64,000 nt of DNA from a virus. The translations under genes were made by a program, and so were the position numbers. Where the stretch lies: IMG/VR virus record IMGVR_UViG_3300024319_000003, positions 64,001-128,000 of that record; one strand, written 5' to 3'. Positions 49,405-59,538 of the stretch are shown in pieces (the stretch's first letter is position 1; each line of letters starts with the position of its first letter). The notes beneath the pieces were generated by a model, which ran no database searches, was not told the DNA's origin, and saw only the letters and a list, made by a program, of their open reading frames with translations.

Positions 49405-52400
49405 ATGAAACAAAGAATCTACAACGGACATCCATTAGAATTTTATGATGATTCTAATAATAAAAAAGCAGAAATTAAAGTATCTGGATCTGATCTTATC
49501 CTTAACCCAGTAGATTCTTCAGGGACTGTTATAATTGGAGAAGACGGAGCAATTAATGATATTGAAGTAGGTGCTGTAGGTACTGCAGTAGACTTTACTT
49601 TTTTAGGTGGAGGAACAATTACGCCAAACGGTAGTACACTTGTATTAGGAGAAGTCGGAGACACTATAGATTTATCGAACGCAACTATAGGAGCAATTAC
49701 AGCATCAGCATTTGTAGGTACATTTATTGGTGACGGTACAGATATTACAAACATCCCAATGGACTTAGAATCCTATACAGGTGATGTAGGGGTAACAGGT
49801 TCATTAGTAGTAACTGGAACCATAACCGCACAAGAATTTAATACAGAAATTGTATCAGCTAGTATTTTGTACGAATCAGGCTCAACTAAGTTTGGAGATA
49901 CATTAGACGATACTCACTCTTTTACAGGTAGTCTACAAGTAAGCGGTGGACTAACCTTACCAGATGGAGTACTTTCAGATTTAGCACTAAACTTTTCATC
50001 TTCTGCTAATACAGGTATATACCTTGGCGATTACAATAGCAGCACAAAGCAGTTTAATATTGTAGTTGATGGAGGAATAAAAGGAGCATTTAATTCCGCA
50101 GGTATTACTTCAACCTCTAACTTATACACAAGCGCTGCAGGTTCGTTTAGAAACTATTCCGGTGTTTGGAAAGCAACCACAGGTCAAGCAGGAGGTGATG
50201 CACAGTTTATCTTAAATGGTAAAACCATTATGCATCTTGATGAAGCTGATGAGAGAGTAGGGATTGGGACAACATCACCAACAGTAGCACTACATGTTAG
50301 TAAATCAACAGGATTTAATATTAAAACAGAGAGAGCAATAGAAGATGGAGGAAGAAACGGACATAGTCATTTCTATACCGCAGGAGGAGCTCATATATTT
50401 GGACGACCTTTAATACTGGAAAGTTCATTTAGATTAGCCCCTACTACTCCTTCAAATACTACAAAGCACTATAGAATAACGAATGACTCAGAAATTCTTA
50501 AAGTAGCTTTAGAGGTAGGAGGTTCGACAACTACAAATAATATACTTACAGTATCAGGTTCAAAGGTAGGTATTGGAACAGCAACACCTGACGAATTATT
50601 TGATATTGCAGGTACAGCTAGATTTGAAACAGGTATAGCTGAAGGAACTATATATGTTGGAAATGATATTCAACATTGGGGAGACGGAGGCACTGGAATG
50701 TTTTTTGGCACTGACACAGTAGCTCTTAAAAATAATTCAGGTGAGACAAGACTTTTTATTAAGTCTGGCGGTAACGTAGGTCTAGGAACTACTAATCCAA
50801 ATCACAAATTAGATATATACTCTAACGAAACCATTCCATTAAGAGTTCATAGACCTAGTAATGCTAACTTAAATTCCACAGGATCTTGGGGTATTGGATT
50901 TTCTACAAGAGGAGATGCAGTTAATAGTACATCAGATACTAGAGCTGGTATATTCAGTTACTATAACGGTAACTTATTCCTAGCTGCTAACAACACTAGT
51001 ATTGCTTCTGATCCTTTTACATATGCTAGGGTAACTATTCAGTCTGCAGGTAACGTAGGTATTGGAACAACTAGTCCTGCTGAAAAGTTAGAGGTAGTTG
51101 GTTATGCAAAAGCTACTACAGGTTTTAAAGCAGGTAGTTACACTTTGCTTAACGAGTCCGGAAATGAAACTTCGCTAAGTAACTCTGCTTATTACCCTAT
51201 GTTCTTTAAAACAAACAACTCTACGAGGATGACAATATCCAACGCGGGTAACGTAGGTATTGGGACTACTAGCCCTAGTTCTAAGCTAGAGGTCTATGAT
51301 TCTCAAAATCCAACATCAGGAGATATTACAACTAGTAAGATCTACAGTAACGGTAACGTCGCAGCAAACGGCAATACTCGAACTGGATTAGATGTAGAAA
51401 CAATCAGAGGCGGGTGGTACAACTCAGATACTACAGCTGGTAATTTTAAAGTTTCCAACGCCAATAGGATAGGAAATTCCGACCTTATAGGTGTTAAATC
51501 ACTTGCTACAATTGATGTTGATAACGTTTACAGCGGAGTTGCTGCTGGTGGTTCCTTAACAGCTCTTCACGGTAAAGTAACTACAACATTCACAGCAGGT
51601 TCAGGCCCGGTTGCTAAAGGATACGGTTTAAGAATTGATGCACCAGAGGTAGCTACAAGTTCAGAAATAGCAACCTACTACGGCGCTTACATAGACGGAG
51701 CTTCTGTATCAGGAACCTTAACCAATAAGTACGCTCTTGTAACTGAAGCTGCTGCAGGTAACGTAGGAATCGGGACCGATAGCCCTAACACAAGACTACA
51801 TCTAAGAGACGTAGACAGCCCTTATCAAATAAGATTACAAAGCACAGGAACAGAAACTTGGAATCTAGGTATAGGTAAAACAAGTTACTACGATAACACA
51901 CTATTATTCCAGTATGGAGGAGATGGTGATAAAATGGCTTTAACAAGCACTGGTAAATTAGGTGTAGGAGATCTCAATCCTACAGCGAGATTAGTGGTAG
52001 TTGATAATACTCAATTTGCCTCAGGACAAGCTTCTGTAGAGGTATTAAGATTACAAAGAAAAAATACCGGTGGGGATATAAAAGCCACAACAGAAGGACA
52101 TATTTCAATGTGGGCTACTGATTCTAATACCAATACAGAATGGGGTAGGATTTCTTGGGTAAATGACAACGCAGGAGATGGTGGACTTGAAACTGAAGGT
52201 GCAATGTCTTTCTGGACTAGTAAAGAAGGAGATCTTACTAGAGCGATGTACATTGATCACGACCAGCAAGTCGGTATCGGAACAACAGCACCAGACGCTA
52301 CATTAAAAATTGTTGATGCTTCAAACTCATCAACTACATCTCTCAGTCTTAATAATAGAATCCTATTTAGAGGCGACGGGGTTATGTCATGGGGATCTGC

Positions 52401-52923
52401 TGCAGGACATGGACAGTTAAATTGGAGTGGAAACTACGCTTTAATAACAGGACTATCTGGGAAAGGATTAAAGTTTAATGTAGGAGGCTCATCTCTTGCT
52501 TTAACTTTAGATACTAACTTAGCTGCAACATTTACAGGAAATGTAATCACACTAGGAGGTTTGACAGTTGGAGACTCAACCGCAGATACAGCTCAAATAG
52601 GACTTAAACATCTACTAGGATACTGTGAAAATACAGATGTTGATACAGGAACTGAAGACATTAAATCTCTAGCACTATCAACATACCAAGCAGTCTTTTT
52701 TGACTATGTAATAAAGAACGGTACAAACTTAAGAGCCGGTACATTAACAGCTGCTCACGACGGAACAAATATTAAATTTAATGAAGTATCAACCGTAGAT
52801 TTAGGTAACACGACAGACGTTAAGTTAAAGGTAGTGATAGATGGAAGTAATATGAAATTACAAGCTACAACATTAACAGATAACTGGACAATAAAAGCAA
52901 ATATTAGAGGTATAAAAGTTTAA
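49405..52923 (+). CDS. Tail fibre protein (1172 aa) with VGIGT repeats
   Basis: About 8 VGIGT-type repeats; shares the TAQEF...YESGSTKFGD block with ORF 38220. Confidence 0.8.
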   Translation: MKQRIYNGHPLEFYDDSNNKKAEIKVSGSDLILNPVDSSGTVIIGEDGAINDIEVGAVGTAVDFTFLGGGTITPNGSTLVLGEVGDTIDLSNATIGAITASAFVGTFIGDGTDITNIPMDLESYTGDVGVTGSLVVTGTITAQEFNTEIVSASILYESGSTKFGDTLDDTHSFTGSLQVSGGLTLPDGVLSDLALNFSSSANTGIYLGDYNSSTKQFNIVVDGGIKGAFNSAGITSTSNLYTSAAGSFRNYSGVWKATTGQAGGDAQFILNGKTIMHLDEADERVGIGTTSPTVALHVSKSTGFNIKTERAIEDGGRNGHSHFYTAGGAHIFGRPLILESSFRLAPTTPSNTTKHYRITNDSEILKVALEVGGSTTTNNILTVSGSKVGIGTATPDELFDIAGTARFETGIAEGTIYVGNDIQHWGDGGTGMFFGTDTVALKNNSGETRLFIKSGGNVGLGTTNPNHKLDIYSNETIPLRVHRPSNANLNSTGSWGIGFSTRGDAVNSTSDTRAGIFSYYNGNLFLAANNTSIASDPFTYARVTIQSAGNVGIGTTSPAEKLEVVGYAKATTGFKAGSYTLLNESGNETSLSNSAYYPMFFKTNNSTRMTISNAGNVGIGTTSPSSKLEVYDSQNPTSGDITTSKIYSNGNVAANGNTRTGLDVETIRGGWYNSDTTAGNFKVSNANRIGNSDLIGVKSLATIDVDNVYSGVAAGGSLTALHGKVTTTFTAGSGPVAKGYGLRIDAPEVATSSEIATYYGAYIDGASVSGTLTNKYALVTEAAAGNVGIGTDSPNTRLHLRDVDSPYQIRLQSTGTETWNLGIGKTSYYDNTLLFQYGGDGDKMALTSTGKLGVGDLNPTARLVVVDNTQFASGQASVEVLRLQRKNTGGDIKATTEGHISMWATDSNTNTEWGRISWVNDNAGDGGLETEGAMSFWTSKEGDLTRAMYIDHDQQVGIGTTAPDATLKIVDASNSSTTSLSLNNRILFRGDGVMSWGSAAGHGQLNWSGNYALITGLSGKGLKFNVGGSSLALTLDTNLAATFTGNVITLGGLTVGDSTADTAQIGLKHLLGYCENTDVDTGTEDIKSLALSTYQAVFFDYVIKNGTNLRAGTLTAAHDGTNIKFNEVSTVDLGNTTDVKLKVVIDGSNMKLQATTLTDNWTIKANIRGIKV

Positions 52924-52933
52924 AACATATTAA

Positions 52934-53689
52934 ATGGCGTTTTCAAGAGGACCAACAGTTATAAAAGATGGTATTGTATTCAGTATTGATCCAGCAAGTT
53001 CAAAAAGCTATCCAGGATCAACAAATGTTTATGAACTAACACGCTACGGCGGCACTACAACAGCAACATTTCCACCCTCTGGGCAACTATCAGGAGGTAC
53101 AACAGTAACTGTACCTACGACAGGGTCGACAACTAAAGTATTCGGTTTCGACGGAACTAACGACAGTCTACTTTTTGCAAATAATAGCGCTACAGCACCT
53201 CTACCTGTTAACTTTACATCTTCAGCATTCTCGATAGAATCTTGGGTAAAACTTCAACAAACAGGTTCAAATACTATAGCAGTTATAGTCACTAGAGGAA
53301 ATCCATTATGTGATGGCTGTGACGGTGGATTTAACACTATGTTTACCAATAGTTCTACAATATCAGTAAGATTTGACGCAACAGGGGGAAGTAATATAGC
53401 AAGTGTTTCTTATAACTCTTCTTCATATGATTTTAGAGATGATAAATTCCACCACATTGTAGGGTTAAGAGATGGAACAAACATTAAACTTTATCTAGAC
53501 GGGGTAGAAGTAGCTACAAATAATAATGACAATAATGTAAACGTTAACATAGAAGACCATCTATACATATCAGGATGGAGTTCATATAGAGGAGAAATGG
53601 AAGTAGGTCCAGTAAGAATATATAATAAAGCACTATCGGCTACTGAAGTAAGCATTAACTATAACGCTCAAAAACATAGATTTATATAA
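52934..53689 (+). CDS. LamG/concanavalin-A-like domain protein, paralogue 1 (no middle insert)
   Basis: FDGTND, FSIESWVK, HHIVG, LYLDG, VRIYNKALS. Confidence 0.8.
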   Translation: MAFSRGPTVIKDGIVFSIDPASSKSYPGSTNVYELTRYGGTTTATFPPSGQLSGGTTVTVPTTGSTTKVFGFDGTNDSLLFANNSATAPLPVNFTSSAFSIESWVKLQQTGSNTIAVIVTRGNPLCDGCDGGFNTMFTNSSTISVRFDATGGSNIASVSYNSSSYDFRDDKFHHIVGLRDGTNIKLYLDGVEVATNNNDNNVNVNIEDHLYISGWSSYRGEMEVGPVRIYNKALSATEVSINYNAQKHRFI

Positions 53690-54870
53690 TGAATACAGGA
53701 CCAAAAATAGATACAGACGCTCTACTGTTTGGGTATGATACTGGTTACCCATTAATTACTACAAGTAATGATTCATATAAATTTAACTTAGGTGAACCAA
53801 CTACCAATAAACTAAACAACAATATACTAGGTCAAGGAAACGGTGCAAGCCTTGACTCAGATGATTTTGGTACCTATATACAATTAGCAGATATAACTTC
53901 CAGCTATTCTAGATTTCAACTACCAAGTATAACGGTTGTATCCAATGAAGTATACACCTGGTCATTTGAATTATATTCAACAGAGACGATAACACAGAGT
54001 GGAAATAAGTATTACTTTGATACAAATGAATATTCTGATCAATTCCCAACTAGTAACGATTTATCAAGAGTAGGATTTACAAACATAAGGCCATCTTCTA
54101 TACCGGCAAATGAGTGGACTAAGTTTAGTTTAACAGTTACTATGAAAGCTAATTTAACTGGAGCTTATACCTATGACTTTTTTAATATGGTATATCCTCA
54201 TTTTCAAAATAAAAAAATATATTATAGAAATATGCAGTTTGAAACTAAACCGCATAATACACCTTACGCAGGGCAAGGTAATACAAGGTCTGTAGAAAAC
54301 TCATTAATTGATTTAAAAAGAAATACAACAATAAACATATCAGATGTATCTTTTGATACTGATGCACAAATGTTTTTTGACGGAACCGATGACCATATAA
54401 CAATAAATAATCCCGGTATATCAAATGATAGATTTACTATTGAGATGGTACTTAAACCAGATAGTTATTCAAATAGCCCTATGTTAATTAATCCAAACAG
54501 TACAGGAATTGATCAATATATAAGAATTTGGAGTAATGGTCAAATAGGAGGAGTTTTTGTGGCAGCAGCAGATACCACAGGAGATACATGTAAAAGCACA
54601 ACTCAATTAAGTACAGCAGAATACACACACTTTGTTATATCAAAAACACAAAGTGCAATAAAGGTATACATAAACGGTGAATTAGAAACAACCGTTACAC
54701 CAACAGTATCAGCAGCACCCTGGACAGGTAATTGGGACATAGGACAAAGAGCAAATAATACATTCAACTACGATGGTGAACTTCCTATACTAAAAGTGTA
54801 TAAAAACGAGATGTCAGCATCAACAGTAAAAAGTAATTTTAAAGGACTTAGGAGTAGGTTTAATATTTAG
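53689..54870 (+). CDS. LamG domain protein, paralogue 2
   Basis: GYDTGYP...GEPTTN N-terminus; FDGTDD; VYING; ends RFNI. Confidence 0.8.
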   Translation: MNTGPKIDTDALLFGYDTGYPLITTSNDSYKFNLGEPTTNKLNNNILGQGNGASLDSDDFGTYIQLADITSSYSRFQLPSITVVSNEVYTWSFELYSTETITQSGNKYYFDTNEYSDQFPTSNDLSRVGFTNIRPSSIPANEWTKFSLTVTMKANLTGAYTYDFFNMVYPHFQNKKIYYRNMQFETKPHNTPYAGQGNTRSVENSLIDLKRNTTINISDVSFDTDAQMFFDGTDDHITINNPGISNDRFTIEMVLKPDSYSNSPMLINPNSTGIDQYIRIWSNGQIGGVFVAAADTTGDTCKSTTQLSTAEYTHFVISKTQSAIKVYINGELETTVTPTVSAAPWTGNWDIGQRANNTFNYDGELPILKVYKNEMSASTVKSNFKGLRSRFNI

Positions 54871-54871
54871 A

Positions 54872-54879
54872 TATTTATA
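54872..54879 (+). promoter_or_regulatory. TATTTATA motif
   Basis: Intergenic but only 4 nt from the next start codon. Confidence 0.35.
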
Positions 54880-54883
54880 TTAA

Positions 54884-56068
54884 ATGGGAATAAATAGAGG
54901 AGCAAATATAGTTAGAGAAGGTCTTGTATACGGATATGATACAGGCTATCCCATAGTGTCGTCTAGTTTTGATTTTTATAGATTTAATTTAGGTGAACCT
55001 ACAACTAATATAGCAAACACAGATACAAAGAGAACAATAGTTGGACACAATGTAGGTGGTTACGGTCATGTAGTAGAGGTATCATCCGCACCTGAAAAAG
55101 GAGATGGGTGGAAAAAGATAAATATTACAACACATGGAACTAATTACAGAATTGCACAATTCCCATATATTACTCATGTAGCTAATACAACAAATACATA
55201 TAGTGTTGAATATGATTTTAATGAACTATCAGGATACTACTGGAAATTAGACGGTTCAACCGGTACTCTTGGAAGTAATATTAAAGATACCGGGTATATA
55301 CATTCGTTAACACATACAAGGTCAAGTAACGGGAGTCAAGCTTTATTTTTAATGAATAATAATGTGAATAGAGCATCAATAGATGATACTATATACTTTA
55401 AAAATTATCAAATTGAAACTAACCCACATAATTCACCATTTACAGAAACTACAAGATCCTCAACAGGTTCATTAATAGATATAACAAGAACAACGGATAT
55501 AGATTTATCCAATGTAACATTTGATAATAATGCACAAATTACTTTTGATGGTTCGGATGACTTTATAGAATTAGATCTAAACTTATCTGACCTTGTAGGA
55601 ACAAATCCTACAGGAATAACTTTTGAATTTGTAGCAAAAGCAGATAACCTAACAAACCCAATAGGAATTAGCGGAGATTATACAGGCCCAGCAGGAACAG
55701 GATTTGGTATCAAAAGATCTTCTTCTAATAATAAACTAGAATTCAGAGTTTACGCTACTGGTGGTATTCCAAGATCAACAACAGATATACCTATAGACAG
55801 GTACTTTTATGGAGTATGCATTTGGGATGGTACCGGCACTGGAGAACTTAGGATTTACTTTAACGGAATACTAGAAACAACCTCATCCACAGGTACAACT
55901 TGGAATCATGGAAATGGTGATTTAAGAATAGGAGATATTTACGGAAGCATGGGCGCCCCTGGTGAATGGCAAGGAGAAATACCGGTATTTAGAATTTACG
56001 ATAGAGCACTTTCATCATCAGAAGTAACACAGAACTTTAACACCTTAAAGGATAGATTTAATATATAA
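54884..56068 (+). CDS. LamG domain protein, paralogue 3
   Basis: GYDTGYP...GEPTTN; FDGSDD; FRIYDRALS; ends RFNI. Confidence 0.8.
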   Translation: MGINRGANIVREGLVYGYDTGYPIVSSSFDFYRFNLGEPTTNIANTDTKRTIVGHNVGGYGHVVEVSSAPEKGDGWKKINITTHGTNYRIAQFPYITHVANTTNTYSVEYDFNELSGYYWKLDGSTGTLGSNIKDTGYIHSLTHTRSSNGSQALFLMNNNVNRASIDDTIYFKNYQIETNPHNSPFTETTRSSTGSLIDITRTTDIDLSNVTFDNNAQITFDGSDDFIELDLNLSDLVGTNPTGITFEFVAKADNLTNPIGISGDYTGPAGTGFGIKRSSSNNKLEFRVYATGGIPRSTTDIPIDRYFYGVCIWDGTGTGELRIYFNGILETTSSTGTTWNHGNGDLRIGDIYGSMGAPGEWQGEIPVFRIYDRALSSSEVTQNFNTLKDRFNI

Positions 56069-57813
56069 TGGCAACAGGAGGAGGACCAAATAACATATCT
56101 AAAGGATTAGTAGCAGGATACGATACAGGGTATCCAGCATCTACTGGTTCTACTCATGAAACTAAGTATTACAAAGGACAGTTTCTACATGAAAACGTAA
56201 TACCCGATACAACAACATTATCCAGATATAACAACCCAGGTTTTTCCGGAACAAACACAAACACAGGTAGATTACATCCAATACATAAAACACCGATTTG
56301 GAAATTAACACACATAGCTGATTCAGGAAAAGAGTCAAGATTATCAAGCGGGGAAGGATTTGGCTGTTACCATAGTTCTGTAACTCAATACGATGCAACA
56401 TCGAAGTACATAGCTTCAATTTCATTTAAAGCAGATTCATCAAGCCCGGTAATTACCGGTAGTTTTAATAACGGGTACTCTAATATTGGTGGATGGAACT
56501 CACACGGTACATCAAAAACAATGGTACCTGAAGGAGATGGTTGGTATAGACTTTATACATTCTTCACCAACTCAACAACTTCATACTCAGCAGACGGCAC
56601 TACCCTTTTATCGGGTAGATATGCAGGTAATACCTATACCACAATTGATCTACCCTCTGGAATAAGTACAGTAACACATTCGGTTGATACTGCTCAATAC
56701 CTTGGCGGAGACGCTAATTATAGAGGCACTTACCAATTAACCAATACAGTACAAAACGATTATGATAATGTAGGCGCATCTATTTTAGATTATGGATTAG
56801 ATGCTTCATATACAAAACCAGTATTTAACCCAGTATGGAACTTCCCAACCAGTAGTGCTAGTGATATAAACCAAACAATATACTTAAGAGTAAACATGCC
56901 TTCAGCAGGTTCAATAAGACTTAGATCATACGTATATTCAGCTACCCCTTATTTAACGGATAGCAAATACTGGAAAATATACTTTGATTCCGCAGGAGTA
57001 TCAACGGGTAAAGAAATGACTACATACTGGAGCGCACCAATGAAATCACGAATAGTCACCACAGATGCTGCAAATGGTAATAATAAAAACTATAAGTTTA
57101 AAAAATACGGAACAGGTAACAGAGGGCATACCGATTTATTAGCTAATCTACCCGATAATGCTTTCAGCTCATCTTACAATGCTATTACATACAGAGGAGC
57201 AAAAACACAGTTTGTCAGTATGGACAGTAACAGACTCCCATATTTTGACGGTACGAATGATCGTATTGAACTCAATAAAGTATATCCTCCAGAGGATTCG
57301 ATACAATTTAGTAGCGATAACAACCACATAACTTTTATTGCGTGGGTTAGGTCCGATGGTCCATCAAACGAAAGAAGAGGTATCTTCAGTTCTTATGCTC
57401 ATCCAGAATTTGATCATGGTGGGATAAACCTATACGGTACGAGCACTGGAGCAATACAAGTTCAGACAATAGATACAGCTCTTGAAAGTCGCCAAGTTTC
57501 ATCATCTAACTTTAGTATATACGATGGAGACTGGAAATGTGTAGGATTCAGATTATCAACACAAGCAATAACAGTGTTCTACTTTGACAGTAATGATGAC
57601 TTAGTAACATCTTCTTTATTAGAAGACGGTACACGAACAGTTAATAGTTCCGGGTACAATGTCATGAAAGACTTGACAATAGGAGCTGAATTTGAGGGCT
57701 CAAATACATACTGGGAGGGTAGTATAGATGGAGTAAGGTATTTTGAAAAAGTAGAAAAGACAGACAAAGATTTAATTGCGTATTATAACTCAACTAAAAA
57801 AAGATTCATATAA
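56068..57813 (+). CDS. LamG domain protein, paralogue 4 (long insert)
   Basis: GYDTGYP; FDGTND; WEGSIDGVRYF; ends KRFI. Confidence 0.75.
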   Translation: MATGGGPNNISKGLVAGYDTGYPASTGSTHETKYYKGQFLHENVIPDTTTLSRYNNPGFSGTNTNTGRLHPIHKTPIWKLTHIADSGKESRLSSGEGFGCYHSSVTQYDATSKYIASISFKADSSSPVITGSFNNGYSNIGGWNSHGTSKTMVPEGDGWYRLYTFFTNSTTSYSADGTTLLSGRYAGNTYTTIDLPSGISTVTHSVDTAQYLGGDANYRGTYQLTNTVQNDYDNVGASILDYGLDASYTKPVFNPVWNFPTSSASDINQTIYLRVNMPSAGSIRLRSYVYSATPYLTDSKYWKIYFDSAGVSTGKEMTTYWSAPMKSRIVTTDAANGNNKNYKFKKYGTGNRGHTDLLANLPDNAFSSSYNAITYRGAKTQFVSMDSNRLPYFDGTNDRIELNKVYPPEDSIQFSSDNNHITFIAWVRSDGPSNERRGIFSSYAHPEFDHGGINLYGTSTGAIQVQTIDTALESRQVSSSNFSIYDGDWKCVGFRLSTQAITVFYFDSNDDLVTSSLLEDGTRTVNSSGYNVMKDLTIGAEFEGSNTYWEGSIDGVRYFEKVEKTDKDLIAYYNSTKKRFI

Positions 57814-59159
57814 TGTTTATAGGTCCAAACACAAACGCAAGCAAAGTTAGCTGGGGATACGACACAGGATATCCAGTAGTTGAATCAAACTTAGATAGTT
57901 ACAGATTTAATGCTGGGGAACCAACTTATAACTATGTTTCAGATAATAATAACCCATTCGGTTCAGTATCAGATTGGACAGAACATGGATGGCCTGGAGA
58001 TGTAGAATGGAGTCAAGCAGAAAATGCAATCGAGTTAACAGCAACAAATGGATGGCATAGCATATATTACGAATTAGGAAACGGTGTAATATCGGAAAAT
58101 ATGTACGTATCATTTGAATATAAACTTAAATCACAACAAACCTCAGGAATATGGGGATTCGTACTTAACGGAACTTCGTTAGGTAATTACAACGTAAGTT
58201 TAGGTAATTTTACATCACCATCTCTTACAGAATGGAAAACCTACACAGGATCGTTTACCGGTGTTAATAGTACAAATGGAACTAGAATATGCATAGGATT
58301 GCGAGGCACAGACAACGGAGGTCTTACAGATACAATTTATATTAGGAGACTACAGGTGGAAAAAAATACCCACCACACACCCTTTGCAGGCTTAGCTTTT
58401 GCATATCCACCTAATGGACATGGATCTAGAGTAGCATATACAGGAAGTCAAGGTAGTAACTCAGGTCAATTTCTACCGACTTCACTAAAAAACATTGTAC
58501 AGCCATATACATACCCTGCTTTTTCTGGAACAGGATTCCCAACAATGGTTAGTAGTGCTGACCAGTTATTAAAGTGGAAGATAAACGTAGAAGATGTAAC
58601 ATTTAATTCAAATGCACAGATGGAATTTGATGGTACTGATGATAAGATGAAAGAGAGCTGGCCTGCATCATTAAATATTGATAATACAGACAAGCCAAGG
58701 ACTTGGGAAGTAGTATTTAAAACAGATACACTTACTGGAGTGCATTGTATATTCGGACATAAATCAGGCGATGGTTGCTCTCACTACTGTAATGGAGGTA
58801 TTCGACAAAGTAGTAATAAAGTACAGTTTGTATGGTATGATAATTCTAACTATCAATTTCTACAAGGAACAACAACACTTACAACAACATCTTATTACCA
58901 TGTAGTAGCAGTATGGGATGAATCAACATTATACCCTAGCCTTTATGTAAACGGAGAACAAGTAGGATCTTGGGGTTCTGCTTCTACTCTAAACTATTCA
59001 TCAGGTATGCAACAATACAATATAGGGTTTAACTCTAAATCAGGAGGAAAGGAATACTTTGATGGAGTTATTCCGATAGTTAAATTTTATAGTAATAGAT
59101 TAACAGAAACAGAAATAAAACAAAACTTTAAAGGAATTAAAAAAAGATTTAATATTTGA
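57813..59159 (+). CDS. LamG domain protein, paralogue 5
   Basis: GYDTGYP...GEPTYN; FDGTDD; YHVVAVWD; LYVNG; ends RFNI. Confidence 0.8.
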   Translation: MFIGPNTNASKVSWGYDTGYPVVESNLDSYRFNAGEPTYNYVSDNNNPFGSVSDWTEHGWPGDVEWSQAENAIELTATNGWHSIYYELGNGVISENMYVSFEYKLKSQQTSGIWGFVLNGTSLGNYNVSLGNFTSPSLTEWKTYTGSFTGVNSTNGTRICIGLRGTDNGGLTDTIYIRRLQVEKNTHHTPFAGLAFAYPPNGHGSRVAYTGSQGSNSGQFLPTSLKNIVQPYTYPAFSGTGFPTMVSSADQLLKWKINVEDVTFNSNAQMEFDGTDDKMKESWPASLNIDNTDKPRTWEVVFKTDTLTGVHCIFGHKSGDGCSHYCNGGIRQSSNKVQFVWYDNSNYQFLQGTTTLTTTSYYHVVAVWDESTLYPSLYVNGEQVGSWGSASTLNYSSGMQQYNIGFNSKSGGKEYFDGVIPIVKFYSNRLTETEIKQNFKGIKKRFNI

Positions 59160-59167
59160 TATTTATA
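59160..59167 (+). promoter_or_regulatory. Putative late promoter TATTTATA
   Basis: Intergenic, upstream of ORF 59185. Confidence 0.5.
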
Positions 59168-59184
59168 ATTAAAACATAATAACA

Positions 59185-59529
59185 ATGAGTAGATTTCCAA
59201 ACAGACGCTGGTTAGTAGTACCAGCAACAGACGTAGAAACTATAGATTTTAATCAGGTTTTAGAACATTCAGCGGAAGGTCTAAGATACTCTATAGATAA
59301 CACAAAAACCTTCGTAAAGTACGAAGTTAATGAAATAACCGCATCATACTCAACAATAGGTATGGATGCTGAAACAGGAGAAGAAATTTCAATTTTACAC
59401 GAAGCAGGTGTATATGGTAGACCGTCTTTTTATTTAGATAGTTACTCTGAATATACACATAGTGAAATACTAGCTTTACTAGCAACAGATGAATGGACTG
59501 ATCAAGATGTATTAGATTCACCATCATAA
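59185..59529 (+). CDS. Small acidic protein within the LamG array, possible assembly chaperone
   Basis: 114-aa ORF; IDFNQV...LRYS...YTHSEIL...EWT. Confidence 0.5.
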   Translation: MSRFPNRRWLVVPATDVETIDFNQVLEHSAEGLRYSIDNTKTFVKYEVNEITASYSTIGMDAETGEEISILHEAGVYGRPSFYLDSYSEYTHSEILALLATDEWTDQDVLDSPS

Positions 59530-59538
59530 ACTTAGTAT

